DNA of 64,000 nucleotides from Trichoplax adhaerens (taxonomy: Eukaryota > Animalia > Placozoa). Of this stretch, positions 1 through 12,808 are shown in pieces. Each line of letters opens with the position of its first letter. Position 1 is the first letter of the stretch. The notes under the pieces are model-generated. The model was not told the DNA's origin. It made no database searches and saw only the letters and a program-made list of their open reading frames with translations. Made by a program: the position numbers and the translations under genes. The DNA lies in contig NW_002060948.1 of assembly GCF_000150275.1 (NCBI RefSeq), positions 3,671,183 to 3,735,182 on the forward strand, read 5' to 3'.

Positions 1-202
1 GGAAGCAAGCCTAGAGAATTATGTTCAAGTCGGATGGATCATGACTGACGCCATGATGGTAATTTGGTGTTTGTGCTGCCTTTCGTTCATGCTCAAGGAA
101 TAAAGATGGAACAATTTGTTGCAGCCATGATAGCACTTGCTTGTCGTCTACCATGCAATCTACCTCCTACTAAAACATGACTCCTATGTAGAATTTTCAT
201 AC

Positions 203-465
203 CTCGTTGACAACATCGCTCTCTAAAAGCCATCGAACGAAGTGGTGGGCTGAATCTTGACTGATAAAGCCTTGATTATGAGGTATAATCCTTCCCTCGA
301 AATAAAGCTTAAGAAATCGCTTGCCTCGACCAATAGGATCTTCATCATTGGCCGACCAGACAGGGTAATCCACACTCCACATTGCATCTCTTAATAAGTT
401 TGGATTTTGAATTTTATAACCCGTTTTCTCATGGAATATTTGCGCTCGGCGATTTTGCGAATCCT
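203..465 (-). CDS. Candidate internal exon of an unknown gene, weak resemblance to the N-terminal helix of RNase III-family domains
   Basis: Open frame bounded by a pyrimidine-rich AG acceptor (466-467) and GAG|GTATGA donor (201-202). IFHEKTGYKIQNPNLLRDAMW resembles the RNase III 'xxxxLGYxFxNxxLLxxALTH' motif, but the catalytic ERLEFLGD signature is not evident and flanking exons are unresolved. Confidence 0.3.
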
Positions 466-1757
466 CTAACAAGACAAGAAGAAAGATATTTCAAGTTATT
501 TTTCTTCTCGTCAAGATAATTATTATCTGAGAAAAAAAATGTCTGTTAGACGACAATAAGAAAGGCCAGGCCTTGGCAAGCCATGCCATGAGCAATTAAT
601 AAGATTGAAAAAAATAAACTAAAATGCATTTTCCTCTAGTCTTGGAGACTACTCTTTTCTCAGCTCAACTCTCTAGCAACTTCTTGCTCCTATAGCGTAG
701 TATAAATCCAAGATAGAAAAAGGAAAACGGCGAAAAATAACCAACTCAATCCATGCATCCAGCAGAAAGTATTTTCCTAATCTAGCCGATGCAATATTGC
801 ATCGTCCAACTGGCTTCCATGACGATTGCAATGCAAAATTGTCATGACTACATCATGAGAGGACTCTTTAAGCAATTATTTACCATCATAAGTGTCCATT
901 ATTGGCAGAAGATTGAGCTTTGACCACTAGTAAATCGATATAGCAAGACCAATGGGCCTGTTTCCTCTCCGTTGACAAGGTGGAAATGATGGCGGAAAAG
1001 GATCGAGCGCAGAGTATTTATTCTTTACCGCTGCTTTGATACCAATACCGAGAGGCATATGGTACTAGCGAGTAGTCAACACTATCTTATCCTATCATGG
1101 AATGCGTTCCTGTGTATGGCTGGCGGTTTCTACTGGGGAAATGCCATTTTTGTAGATTATCGATAGCCTTATTAGTAGCCAAGGCTTGGAGAACTAAGCC
1201 ATCCATGATCATTACTTGCTTTATCCTGTAGTATTGATCATGTTTGCTCGAACGGGAGAAACAAGATGGCTAAAAGGGAGTCGGTGGCGAGCCGAATTTG
1301 GCTCATGGCGTCAAAAAGCAGCAAGTCAACAGGATACAGGGGGTGCAGTGATGGATGATGGAGATTCCTTATTCGTTAGCATATCCAATACTCAGTCTCG
1401 AATCATTATGCAATTAGGGCAATTAAGTTCAAGACTAAGGACGCCTAGAAGAAATCGCAGCGTGCAAGGATGGCGCAACGGCTACAGAAAATTGGCGACT
1501 GCACACGAGATGAAATCAACGTTGCTCAATCAATTCATCACGTGCACGATCGGTCTAAATGAAAGCAATCAAAATGAATATGGCGATTCAAATCAAGTGA
1601 TAGCAAGTAATTTAATCATAATTCAAGTATGGTAGTAAATATTGAAAACGTTCCAGCAATAGAATCGGCGATATCAATCGAACGAGCTGAGACCGGCCAT
1701 GTACCAATTCGGTGCGCAACGACTAACGGTGCAATTTTGAGATCGATGTTAGTTACT

Positions 1758-2003
1758 CGATATGGAAAACATGGCGTAGAAGACCGCTTTCTGTGCTATA
1801 TTGCCCTTTCCTTTTTAATAGGGCTTGCAGCTTAGCCATCTTTCTGCATGTGTCAAGAATGATAGCGATGCAATTTTGGATCAATGTCCGCAACGCGATA
1901 TGGAAAAACACGCAGTAGAGGCTCCGCTTTCTGTGCCATTTTTCCATTTGCTTACAGCTTAGGCATCTTGCTGCTTTCTACAAGTGTCAAGAATGATAGC
2001 GAT
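1758..2003. repeat. Diverged tandem duplication, two copies of about 110 bp
   Basis: CGATATGGAAAA...CCGCTTTCTGTGC...CAGCTTAG..CATCTT...GTGTCAAGAATGATAGCGATG at about 1758-1870 and 1896-2003. Confidence 0.8.
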
Positions 2004-2311
2004 GGGATCAAGTTTCAGTGCTGTCATTGGAATGATTGAGTAATGCACAATAATTGCAAATTTATGATTGTCAACATGTTTGTTGAGCAGATACGGTGTA
2101 GTACACAGAATCATGAGCAGGAAGCGACAAGGCTTTCTGCTCGTTACTATTCAAGAAGAAGTTCCCAAGTCAAACCGAGGTCTTTCTTAGTATGTTTGAA
2201 CGACTTGGATTCACAAGATTGCACCATTTCTACCTGATTTCTACAGTATTGATTTTGTTTTATCTAGAATGGAGTACTCGGACTAAACTACAGTATAGTG
2301 CACTGCTGACA

Positions 2312-2910
2312 ACCAAGCATCAAGTTAAAATGGCTTCCCAATGACAGGATAACATAAACATGTTTCATTGCTTTCCAAGGAATGGTGGGTAAACTCAAAC
2401 GAGACTTCAAATTTCCAATAGCCACCTTGGATATATAGCAACTGTTTTTCTCTGTAGTACGATTGTGCAGCTACTTGCTAGTCTTGATATTTTGCAATCA
2501 CTAACATTTTTGAAGGCAGATTTCACACTCTGTCAACGACTTTGTCTTGTCTACAGCTGAATGCTCTGAGGAAAGGTTACTCGAGGAGCAAGCTAAAATG
2601 GCTTCGCAATGACGGGATAACAGAACCAGATTTCATTGATTTCCAAGGAATGATGAACTCAAACGAGTATTGATATCTCCAATGGCCACCTTGGATATAT
2701 ATTAAACAAGTGTTTTTCTCTTTAGTAGGATTGTACAACTATTGCTGGTCTTGAAATTTTGCAATCACTAACATTTTAAGGTAGATTTCACACTTTGCTA
2801 ACGACTTTGTCTTGTCCACAGCTGAATACTCTGAGGAAAGGTTGCTCAGCTATTACGCATTGCAAATAACGAAGCATCAAGTTAAAATAGCTTCCCAATG
2901 AGAGGATAAC
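2312..2910. repeat. Tandem duplication of about 270 bp (two copies plus the start of a third)
   Basis: AAAATGGCTTC.CAATGAC.GGATAAC at about 2327, 2596 and 2884; shared TTCCAAGGAATG...GCCACCTTGGATATAT and CTGAAT.CTCTGAGGAAAGGTT blocks. Confidence 0.9.
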
Positions 2911-3705
2911 AGGGATCAACTTCGATGTTGTGCTACTGCCATTGAAAGCTTTCTTGCGACGTCTATATTGCTTTCATCATCGTTTGTTAAATGTTGCATC
3001 GTATCGTATAAGACTGTAAATGCAGCAATATCATCATTAGGGGAAGCATCCTAATATAGTTATGAAATACTCTACAGTTATACGACAGCAGACTCAGAAC
3101 GACTGAGTTCATAAATTATACGACTAGAAACTCAGACAAGTATGTAATACACTTGGACATAAATGGAGCCTACCATCCTATGAATTGATGTGCCAAATCC
3201 GTTATTGCAACGGGTATTTACTGCTAGTTTCTATAAAATAGTACACTGCTAGTGCGATTTGTAGCATCTTGTACTACATTACTCGCTAGATGCAATTACT
3301 ACCAAGAATATGACCTAGTGTCCATTGAAGCATCTTGGAGCTACATAACCCGCAAGATAGAAACTACTGTAAGATGGAGTTTCTATAAAGACAATATAAA
3401 TTGATTTTAATCCAAGCATAGTACTGCACATACCAGTACATGGTAGGATAGCTAGCTGATAATCAAGACTATCGTAAATCGTGAATTTTATTGCATCATG
3501 AATAGAACAACTGTTGCAATAATAAAGGTTTGCTAATATGCAGCTAAGATAGACCAAGATTAATAACTCAGTTTCTATTTTTCAGTAAAAATGTTGCAAT
3601 TCTGAATCATCAAAAACGTAGGTAAGAAGAAGCATCTTGTCCAAATAGTCTTGTCAATCTTGCTATCACAGAAAGAGTATTCACAATAAAAAAGTACTAC
3701 AGTAA

Positions 3706-6700
3706 TTATCGACGATGTTTCTGGTTTGGTTTCCTTTTTTTCTTCTTCGACTTATCATGGCTATCAAGCTTTCCTTTTGTAGGGATAGGTTTGTTTGGTT
3801 TCCTTTTTTTCGTTTTCGACTGATCATCGCTATCAAGCTCTCTTTTTGTAGGAGTAGGTTCAGTAACAGTCTCTTGTTCTAAAACTGCTTCATCTGTGGA
3901 ATCTTCTGTATCCGTCAAATTATCTATAGTTGATATAGAGGATTAAATGCAGTCACAAAGAGAAAATCAATCCATAAACTAGCATCGAAATTAAGTTAGA
4001 ATTCTAGCCTATATTGGTACACCTATGAATCTGCATGTCTGTTAAATGTCTATCATCTATTTATCACTCTGGCTGTACTGGAATAGGATCAATGCTGTAA
4101 AGACTATACATGGACACCCGTATAATCCATGTACAACCACGGCATATTAAATTCAATTGGATGGATGCTCAAGATCATTGTATGATAGAGACTAGTATAA
4201 CGTGAAAGTAAAAATAATTGCCTTTGCTTTCCTACAGTACACACCTTCCTTAGCAGGTATAAGATTGGACAATTTCTTAAATTTAGCTACAAAAAAGCCA
4301 TCCATATTATGTTCATGAGGGTAATATCGCCTTGTTAGTTTTAAAGTAGGATGAAAGCGACGCTCTTTAAACCTATCAACATTTTGATCACAAAAGTTAA
4401 TGCAGTTAATTGTTGATACTACGTACATACAGCACCAATTCGAACAGACATAATAAAAAAGTATAATTACTTCGTAAATCCCTCTCTACCAAATTCCAAT
4501 CCAGTGGATACTAATTTTACAGATCGGCGCTTCAAGGCGTAATCCACTACCCATTCATCTTCTTCTACCTGAAAAGTACATTATTGATTTAAATTAAATT
4601 ACAAAAAAGGCCCACTTATTACTATCCAAAATATAATAAACTTAAATAATTCATTTATGAACAGCAATTTAATATCATTACCATTATAGAACAAGTACAA
4701 TAAACGATATATCCTCCAGTAGATGATCTTGCATCAACCGAGTCAATGGCCGACAATAATAATTCCTTTTGAATGTGAGAGCATCGTAATATGTCTTTTT
4801 CACTCTGTAAGTAAATAAACCATACGCATAAGAAAATGATAGCATATTTTTTAAACTAATTCTAGTGATAGCATAGAAACACCTTATTCGATTTAACGGA
4901 AGCATCCTTAGAGATTACACCTGTACCACTACATGGAGCATCCAGTAGTACCCTATCGAATCCTCCAACAATCTAAAAAAGGATTTTTCTTATTAAATAG
5001 CATAACTTCATTTTTGGAATTTGACACTATTGCTAGTACCTTTGGAAATTGTCGTCCATTTTCACTACATACGATAGTGTTGACGACACCTGCCAAACAG
5101 AACACAATTTAGTATTACGAACTCCACTATTCAACTGATTATATTATTTTATTCCACCTAATCGATGAATATTTGCCGTTAAAGCCTTGCATCGTTCTTT
5201 ATTAACATCATTCGCTACAATCATTCCAGTATTTTTCATCAAGGCAGCTAGAGGTATGAAATAGGCCACATATGAAGTTGAAATAATCATAATACAATCA
5301 ATACGAATTGATCACACAGTTCAAAATACCAATATATGTAGTCTTGCCACCAGGAGCTGAACACATGTCAAGTACTTTTTCATTCGGTTGCGCTGCTAAC
5401 GCCATTACCGGTAACATAGACGAAGCCCCTTGAAGCATGTAATGCCCAGCGAGATATTCCGGAGTTGCACCTACAATTATGCAAGAAATTGAATGTAACG
5501 TGTGAATAGCCCCTTCAAAGAATGCTCAGCAAGCCAGTACCTATGATCGCATTATTCAAGAAGTAGTATAGTATACTAGTTCAGAAATTATTCAATAATT
5601 ACCGATCGGTACTGGAGAATCAAATACAATCAGTCCTACTTTAGACCATTCACCAATTGGATCTAAGTTGACACCACGGTTGATAAGAGCCTGTAGTAAT
5701 AAATTTATTTTTAAATTTATACTCAGGTATATTATCTACAATGAAGATAGACGATAAATGCAACTCATGAATTTTGTATGACAGAATACCTGTGCAAGAT
5801 CTCTACGTCTCGATTTTAACGTGTTAGTACGTATAGTTACAGGTCGCTCAACTTCATTCGCTTCTAGAAATTCGATCAACTACAAAAGATATTTCGTTAC
5901 TGTTAGTGCTGTGCAAGTGTACATTAAGTCTCCCACAGAGTAGCATAAAAATGAATGGTAACACTCTAAATAATCAAGCTGCGTAAAAGCATTACTTCTT
6001 TAATATCGAATAAATCCGTAAACTTCTGCATGAGGTAATCATTGTAGTTATAGTAATTCGCCAAGTCGTGCCTAAGTAGATCAAGATAGTCTTTCCGCTT
6101 CCTAAATAAAGACTCGGAGTTATTAAACTATTGTGACTTCCCGAATGAACCATCACGATCGATTACCTTTCAGGGTCCCTTAATCTTTTAAAATTGCCTA
6201 AAACGGCGATGGTATCTTTGATCCGTTGATGGACCAACTGCAAATCAGGAGGTTCAAGGCGTGGACTTATGTTAAGCATAAACTATTTATTCATGTAGTT
6301 CACTACTCATAGCAAAAATAATAACAGCTTTAAAGGATATTTTCTTTTTCAATTTCCTGGCCACTAGGCAAGACAAAAACTTCTGACTGAGCAATGTTGG
6401 TTTTCAGTTCTTCTTCTGCTAATTTCCTGAATAATACAGTGAAGGAAGAAACGTAAGATTTGACTATCTTACAGCTCTTTATAAATCGCTGATAGTTTTC
6501 CACCTGTTTCTAGATAATTTTTTATCTAGTTTTTGGGAAGCTTTTTCAATGGGTAGAAGCTATTAATAAATAAATAAAAAGGTATTTAACATCCAGATTG
6601 ATAATTGTACTTTCATAATATCATTTATGCTAACATCATCTTCAGAGTCATCATCACTATATTCGGAGTCGTTAATGTCACTTCCATTAAGGCTTGCTTC

Positions 6701-9243
6701 ATCAGGTAATTCTTCCGTCTCAGGCAACTCATCGAATTCATCGGGCTATTTATAGAAATAAATGAACAATCAATTCCAGTAATTGAAGGCTGTCCTAAAA
6801 TCGTTCGGAGTAAAATTTCTTACAATCGCTTCATCGGAATCTTTATCACTTTCAGCATCATTCTCTGCTGCTAACTTTAGCCATTCTGCATTTTCGTCAC
6901 TAAAGGGACTTTAGAAATTATCTTTTTTGAGTATGTGATATTGACGTTCTCGAAGATACATTAAATTATAATTGTTCATGTTTATTTAAAGATATCTACT
7001 TACTTTGCCTTTAATGGCATCTTGGGGGACAGCTAATGGAATGCACATGTTTCAGAATCACATGTAGATATTTAAGAAATATTACTACCAACAGGCATAA
7101 AAATTTAAAGTGATATTGCTAGTACATCCTTACATACCTCTAATTCTTCCAAATTCTCATCTGTATGAACGAAATATAAGTAATTATAGTATCCATATTA
7201 TTAAAGGATCAATAACGTAGATTGATAAATGAATAGAGATAGACAATAAGGTCATCGTTAAGACTGTATAACTTATGCATGGTATGATAAAGTTAGAATT
7301 AGAACGTAAAGTGGTATATTTAAGATTTGAGAATGATAGCAATGCTATTAAGAGTATAACATTAATAATTCAAAATTATTTACTTGAGCAGATTCATTAT
7401 ATTAATTTTGATACTACAGAGCCGGTATTATAACAGAATTACTAACCGCTATCTTGCGCCACAAGTTCTTGATTTTTTCGGTTAAGATTACTACGTGCAT
7501 AAAGATATAATTATAAATGTCAACGTCAACATTTTTAATATCTATTTTAAAATCATTCAAGTATTGAACATAATAGATTCATAACAAATCTTTAAATTCT
7601 TGTACCTCGATGGTATGGCAGATTGCTTTTTCCGAGAGACCTTGGTATCTGGTAAGATAAAGTAGAAATTAGTTGTAAAGACATCTTTTGTTGATCATAA
7701 CTTTTACACTCATTTCCACGTGCGATCTACAGTACTACCATTGAATGCAACGCCGAAGCAGCTGTACTGTACATTATTAATGTTAGAATTAGCTTAATCA
7801 GTGATTGTACGGTAGATGATTAGGATACGCGTAGTATCAAAGTATCGAAAATTTTTGGATGTGTGCTTAAGCCATACATTCATTTCAGATGATACATAAG
7901 CTTTAGGATTAACTTTTAATGCCTTTAGAAGCTCATGAGTTAATTAATTATACGTATGCAATGCTACTACTGTTGGTTTTCCTGGTATTTATACACGAGG
8001 CTGCATGTATTCACAAATAGCTCATTCTGATCTGAGAGAATACCAGTTTACTATGGTGTACCAGTGAGACCTTTTACATAATGTCCTGAATCTCCTGATC
8101 GTCATCGCTTTTTCTTTGAACAAAGAGGTGATACATTTATCTTCATAAATCTACTATTCATTAGCAAATCATTATAAAATTTTTAGCAATATACGAACAC
8201 TGGGAATCAATGATGTTGGCCCTAGCGATATGCATTCATTCTAGATGATGCATAAGATGCAAAATTAATCTTTAATGCTTTAAGAAACTCATGAACCAAT
8301 TCACTATACATATGCACTGCTACTAAAGTTGATTTTCCTGGTATTTATAGTGGACTGTATGCATTGATAAATAGCTCAATAAGATCGGAATGAGAAAATG
8401 TATACCAGTTTACTATGTTGAGACCTATTACATGCTCGTAATGTCCTGAATCTCCTAATGATCACCGCTTTTAACTCTATGGTTACTACTGTAGTCCATC
8501 TATGAAGGACACTAGATCGACAATTTATACTGCTAAATATAAGGTACTATAGAAGTGGTACATTCATCATCATCAATCTATTGTTCATTCTACAGTATAT
8601 TAGCTCATATTGTAGCAAGCTCTTGTAAAATTTCCAGCAATATACGAACACCAGAGATTAGAAATTGAATGTCAATTACGCATATAGCCCGTTTCAACAG
8701 TGCTTTGATTGACCAAGAAGTCCTAGCAGTGAAATCTAAATCTTTGCTGTACATGTGGCAACTCGATGAAAAATTGAATGAACGCAACGTAGTGGATTCG
8801 CTTTTGATCTCTAGTTGTGGCTCGATTTCATTGATTAGACTTGGATTTAAAACACGCCACTACCATCTAAATCGGTTTGCCATTATACTGTACAAGAAAC
8901 TTTGGCTGCAAAGTACAGCAATGTAGCAGCTAAGGACAGCGAACATGTTGCCCTCAACCGAGATAATGTGTACTATACGATACTGTAGGAAGACTATAGA
9001 CGACAAGCAACTACACTTGCAGTTTATCTAAGATTTTGTGTCCTTATAGGTATAACTATCATTCATTGCACAAGCCTAGCCAAGTTTATTGCATGATCTT
9101 GTACACCTTTCACTGCGCTACCTTGTGCACATTCTCAACATACCTTGACGTTGATTTTTGTTCTTGGCCTTGAAAACTTTGCTATCTGCTGGATGCTTTT
9201 TGCTTTTCATTTTGCTGCCTTTAGCTAGTGTCTTATCCTTCAT
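3706..9243 (-). CDS. NOP2: NOP2/NSUN1 large-subunit rRNA cytosine-C5 methyltransferase (multi-exon)
   Basis: Spliced exons give [49 protein letters not shown] (SAM-binding motif I), [14 protein letters not shown] (motif IV Cys), YIVYCTCS (motif VI Cys) and [18 protein letters not shown]. The first coding exon 9144-9243 is inferred from phase-consistent splicing; Lys-rich last exon ends at 3706. Confidence 0.95.
6261..6340 (-). other. U12-type (minor spliceosome) AT-AC intron of NOP2, 80 nt
   Basis: Minus-strand 5' end ATATCCTTT (U12 consensus), branch site TGCTTAAC about 10 nt before the terminal AC; removal restores the frame EIEKE-S-LEPPDLQ. Confidence 0.95.
7875..8670. repeat. Diverged tandem duplication (about 350-430 bp x2) in NOP2 intron 1
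   Basis: Shared blocks AGATGAT.CATAAG, TTTTCCTGGTATTTATA, TACCAGTTTACTATG, TAATGTCCTGAATCTCCT and AGCAATATACGAACAC at about 7875-8215 and 8235-8670. Confidence 0.85.
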
Positions 9244-9886
9244 TCTTGACTAATGATCCAAGGCAGATAGGATATAATGAGATTGCAATATCACTTATTT
9301 CTACAGGTAGCAGCGATCACTTTGCATTCGATGAGCAAAATCAATCACCATCAGGTTGGTCAATGACTGAGTCAGACTGATGATTTTGAAGCTCCAGCGC
9401 AGGTTCTACTATGGCAACGGGTCCGAAACGTCAGGTGCTGGACCAGCAGCCAACGTTCCAGACCGGTGATGCCGGACAGTTGACTGGCAAGCCTAGGCGA
9501 ACCAATAGCTTCAGTATGGATGTGGACGCCTGACCAAGTTGGTACCCTACTCTAGAGTACACGTGTTACCGGTGTACGGTAGAACTTGATCGCATGCCTT
9601 TGATACTGTATAGTATAGTCTAGAGTAGAGCATGAGACCTGTAGTAGCACTTCTTGTACAGTAGGGTACGTCATCGTATTTGTCATGTTGTAGTCCGGTG
9701 ATACTATTGCAGTAGAGCTACGCAGGTAAGCGATACAGCGACAAGAAACAGTATGAATCACCGTTGATAAAGTGTAGTATCCACAATCAGAGCAATTAGG
9801 GGCCAGGCGTCGGTTCGGTTCGGTTCGGTTACAGTAGGTTAGGTGAGCGAGCTAAGACACATTAATTCATTAATTAATTATATATT
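9244..9886. promoter_or_regulatory. Putative bidirectional promoter NOP2/SFT2D3
   Basis: About 640 bp between divergent ATGs; locally higher GC, TACTGTA/TACAGTA motifs and a (CGGTT)4 run at 9811-9830. Confidence 0.55.
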
Positions 9887-12808
9887 ATGGCTGCTACTGC
9901 GGTTACAATTACAGCTGGATCCTTCTCCAATCTATTCCCTACGCCAACTGTCCATGCTAGTGATGTTTTGCCTTCCAAAGATGAAAATTCCGATGAAAAC
10001 ACGTCATTTATGTCCGGAGAGTGGCTCAAAACAACTCAGCAAGATCCCATATTGCCATCTTTGGTAAACGATGCTGCACTTCTTCAAAACATTGCGCGTA
10101 TTTTATCTTTCTAATGTTGTATGCTTGCATTCAATAACTTAACTTGAGAATTCATCGAAGTGAGCTTACAGTACTATAGATCGTGTTACAGAGATGAGAG
10201 AACCTACTGAATGGATAGTTTTTGACTCTTTGCCTGTAGATAATTCATTATTGATTATTTGATATACTGTATATATGTCTCTCTCTATATATATTCGTAT
10301 AAATAATTAATTAATCAATATATGCTGACTATACTGTACGGTATATTGACCGTAATCGTATATACTCGTATTTTCTTTATTTCCAAAGTTGTACGTATCC
10401 ACTTGTTACAGTATATTGAACTTGAGAATCAATTGTAATGAGCTGAAAGTACCATTGATCGTGTCATAGAGACGAGAGCCAGCTGAAAGGATAGTTTTCT
10501 ACTCTTTAAACTGTAGACTGTCTATGTATACGTATTTATGCGGACTATACAGCACGATAAACTATAAAATGACTCTACCATTCTCAGGTGTGCAAAACTG
10601 GAAAGTTTCCACGTATTACAATCAGAATATCATAAGTTGAGCTTATAGTATGTAGCCAGGCGTAACCTACTTCGATGCAAATGATATACGATAAAAACTT
10701 ACTGTACAATTTGATCCTATCATACTGTATATCAGCAGATACAGTAGTCAATGACTGTTCATCACGCCTGACAACTCCTAAACTACGTATTTTATCAATT
10801 CTTTACCGTTGATAATCTCTTACGTACACATGCCTGTTTCTGTACAAGTCTAATTTGCAACGACGAAAAGTAGAACTATTACAGAAAACTGAACACTACG
10901 AGCCTACGGTAGAGTACTGTCAGGTTTGTCCTCCCTGACATCTGCCTACAGTATAACTCTAAATACTGACAGTCTCTTAGAATTAGCGTTAAAAACCATT
11001 AAACAATCAACAATAGGATTGTATGGAGCACTGGAACACCACTAGTCTCTCTTTTTAGACAAAACTTAACCTAAACTTTATCGAAAAACAAATCAATTTT
11101 TACGTAAACGTTACTTATCAGTACTTGGATAGATAATATTGTAAGACTATGAACTTATCTATACAAGAATGTATTATATCATAGATAACGGTGTTTTTAA
11201 CAAATTCCGAAGGATGTTATCTGACGAAAAGAAGATAACCATTCGTTGGTGAAAGTCACTTCGTGATAACTGCTAAATCTTATTCCATAGACATCGTTCA
11301 CCTGCTATGAATACTCTAGCTACAGAATGATGTGCAATGACTATAAAACAGTAGATAATGCCTATTAGAAATTTATTAGGGTAAAATTTTGATCTGGAAT
11401 AAAGGTTATATTCTCACTGCTGTTTATAAATAGACATATAGAACTCGGATAGTTGTAATTTGACCAGATTATGTGTCATTATACGAATAGAAGGTGTAGT
11501 ACTATTATTATCAGCATACGCATATCTACTCTATTGCGGTATGCATTAGCGTCCTTAAGTAGTTTTGAGTGCATATATACCTAATGAAAATATTGAATTA
11601 CAGTACCAATATCTGTACTTGTAATTTGCATTTAAGCTTACCAACAGAAACAATTTTACAAAAAACTCTTGCTATCTGTCTACTTGTAATGTGCTTCCTT
11701 ATGAATAGCTATGATGATTGTAACAATTTATAATTTCTTTACTTAATTGATTTCATGGCCATTTAAAAATCATCTTCCGGGTGAATGCAGACCAAAACTC
11801 AGCGTTTGATGGGTTTTATCTTTTGCTTATCCGCTGGCTTAGTCTGTTTTCTCATGGTAAAAAGCTAACGATTTATTATTTACTATTACTATGATTTATA
11901 TGCATTATTCAATCAACATACAGTAGGATCATTTTACTGTATCGTCATTTTTGATAAGTAATTCATTGTTGTTGCAGCTCCAGCTGTTCCTCACTAGCTA
12001 TAAAGGTAATACATGCGAGCTATTTTCCTATAGGCTGCCTTCCTGATGCCATTTCTAGTTCTTCGAGCAAGAAAATTTGCTCTATTATTCACCTTAGGTA
12101 GTTTATTTACGATAGGAAGGTAGGTAAAAGAGCGCCGAATGTCAAATAGGGAATATAGAAAGTTAATTAAATAAGCTGTTTCTAATTTGTTTCTAATCCC
12201 AATAAGATTAACTACACTAATGTTATCATTAATACGTAACTCATATTTTGAATTATTCTTAGTTTCTCTATGCTATGGGGACCTGTAAACCATCTTAAGC
12301 ATTTATTTTCCTCGGAACGATTGACGTTTACGCTTACCTACTTTCTATCACTTTTTGTTACGCTATACGCAGCATTAATCGTAAGTAAAGTCTGTAGTAC
12401 ATGATTAAGATTTCAAGAGATGAGACATGATTGCTTTTGAACTTAGGTCAGAAGCACAGTGATGACACTAACTTTTGGCATAATTCAAATTATAGCATTG
12501 ACATGGTATGTAGGTATTTATGTGATCAAGGTCGCGGTATAGTTTTGTATTCGAGTATTTAATATCAATTACGGCTTGTACCCGTATTCATGTCAAGATG
12601 AGGGCACGTAGTTCATTATATACTGTATAAATTAAAATCCTGTATTATATGCATGTGCCATTTGTGATTGTCATTTGATCGTATTATTTATGTTTATTTT
12701 AGGTACGTAAGCAGCTATGTGCCTGGTGGCATTACGGCGTTAAAATTGATGTCCAAAATATGTTCATCGTGTATGACAAAATCGGTCAAGTCAACTATAT
12801 CTGTATAA
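9887..12808 (+). CDS. SFT2D3: Got1/Sft2-family vesicle transport protein, SFT2D3-like (6 coding exons)
   Basis: Exons 9887-10063, 11791-11856, 12034-12119, 12263-12380, 12447-12505, 12703-12808 splice in phase: DPILPSLTKTQRLMGFIFCL...ARKFALLFTLGSLF..GSFSMLWGP..HLKHLFSSERL..T..Y...WYVSSYVPGG, typical Sft2 motifs. Confidence 0.9.
10140..10515. repeat. Spaced direct duplication of about 95 bp in SFT2D3 intron 1
   Basis: AACTTGAGAAT...GAGCT...GATCGTGT.A.AGAGA.GAGAG...TGAA.GGATAGTTTT..ACTCTTT at about 10141-10235 and 10419-10515. Confidence 0.75.

Noticed and set aside
1216-2237. Plus-strand ORFs of 64-139 aa
   Set aside because: Mostly non-ATG starts, no recognisable domain, and no consistent splicing that I could establish.
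7875-8670. Pair of intronic box C/D snoRNAs in NOP2 intron 1
   Set aside because: Candidate C and D boxes on the sense strand are not conserved between the two copies and the spacing (~230 nt) is too long.
10588-11103. Extra SFT2D3 exons at about 10588-10647 and 10951-11103
   Set aside because: Exon 1 joins 11791 in phase with family-typical sequence; inclusion of these segments introduces stops.
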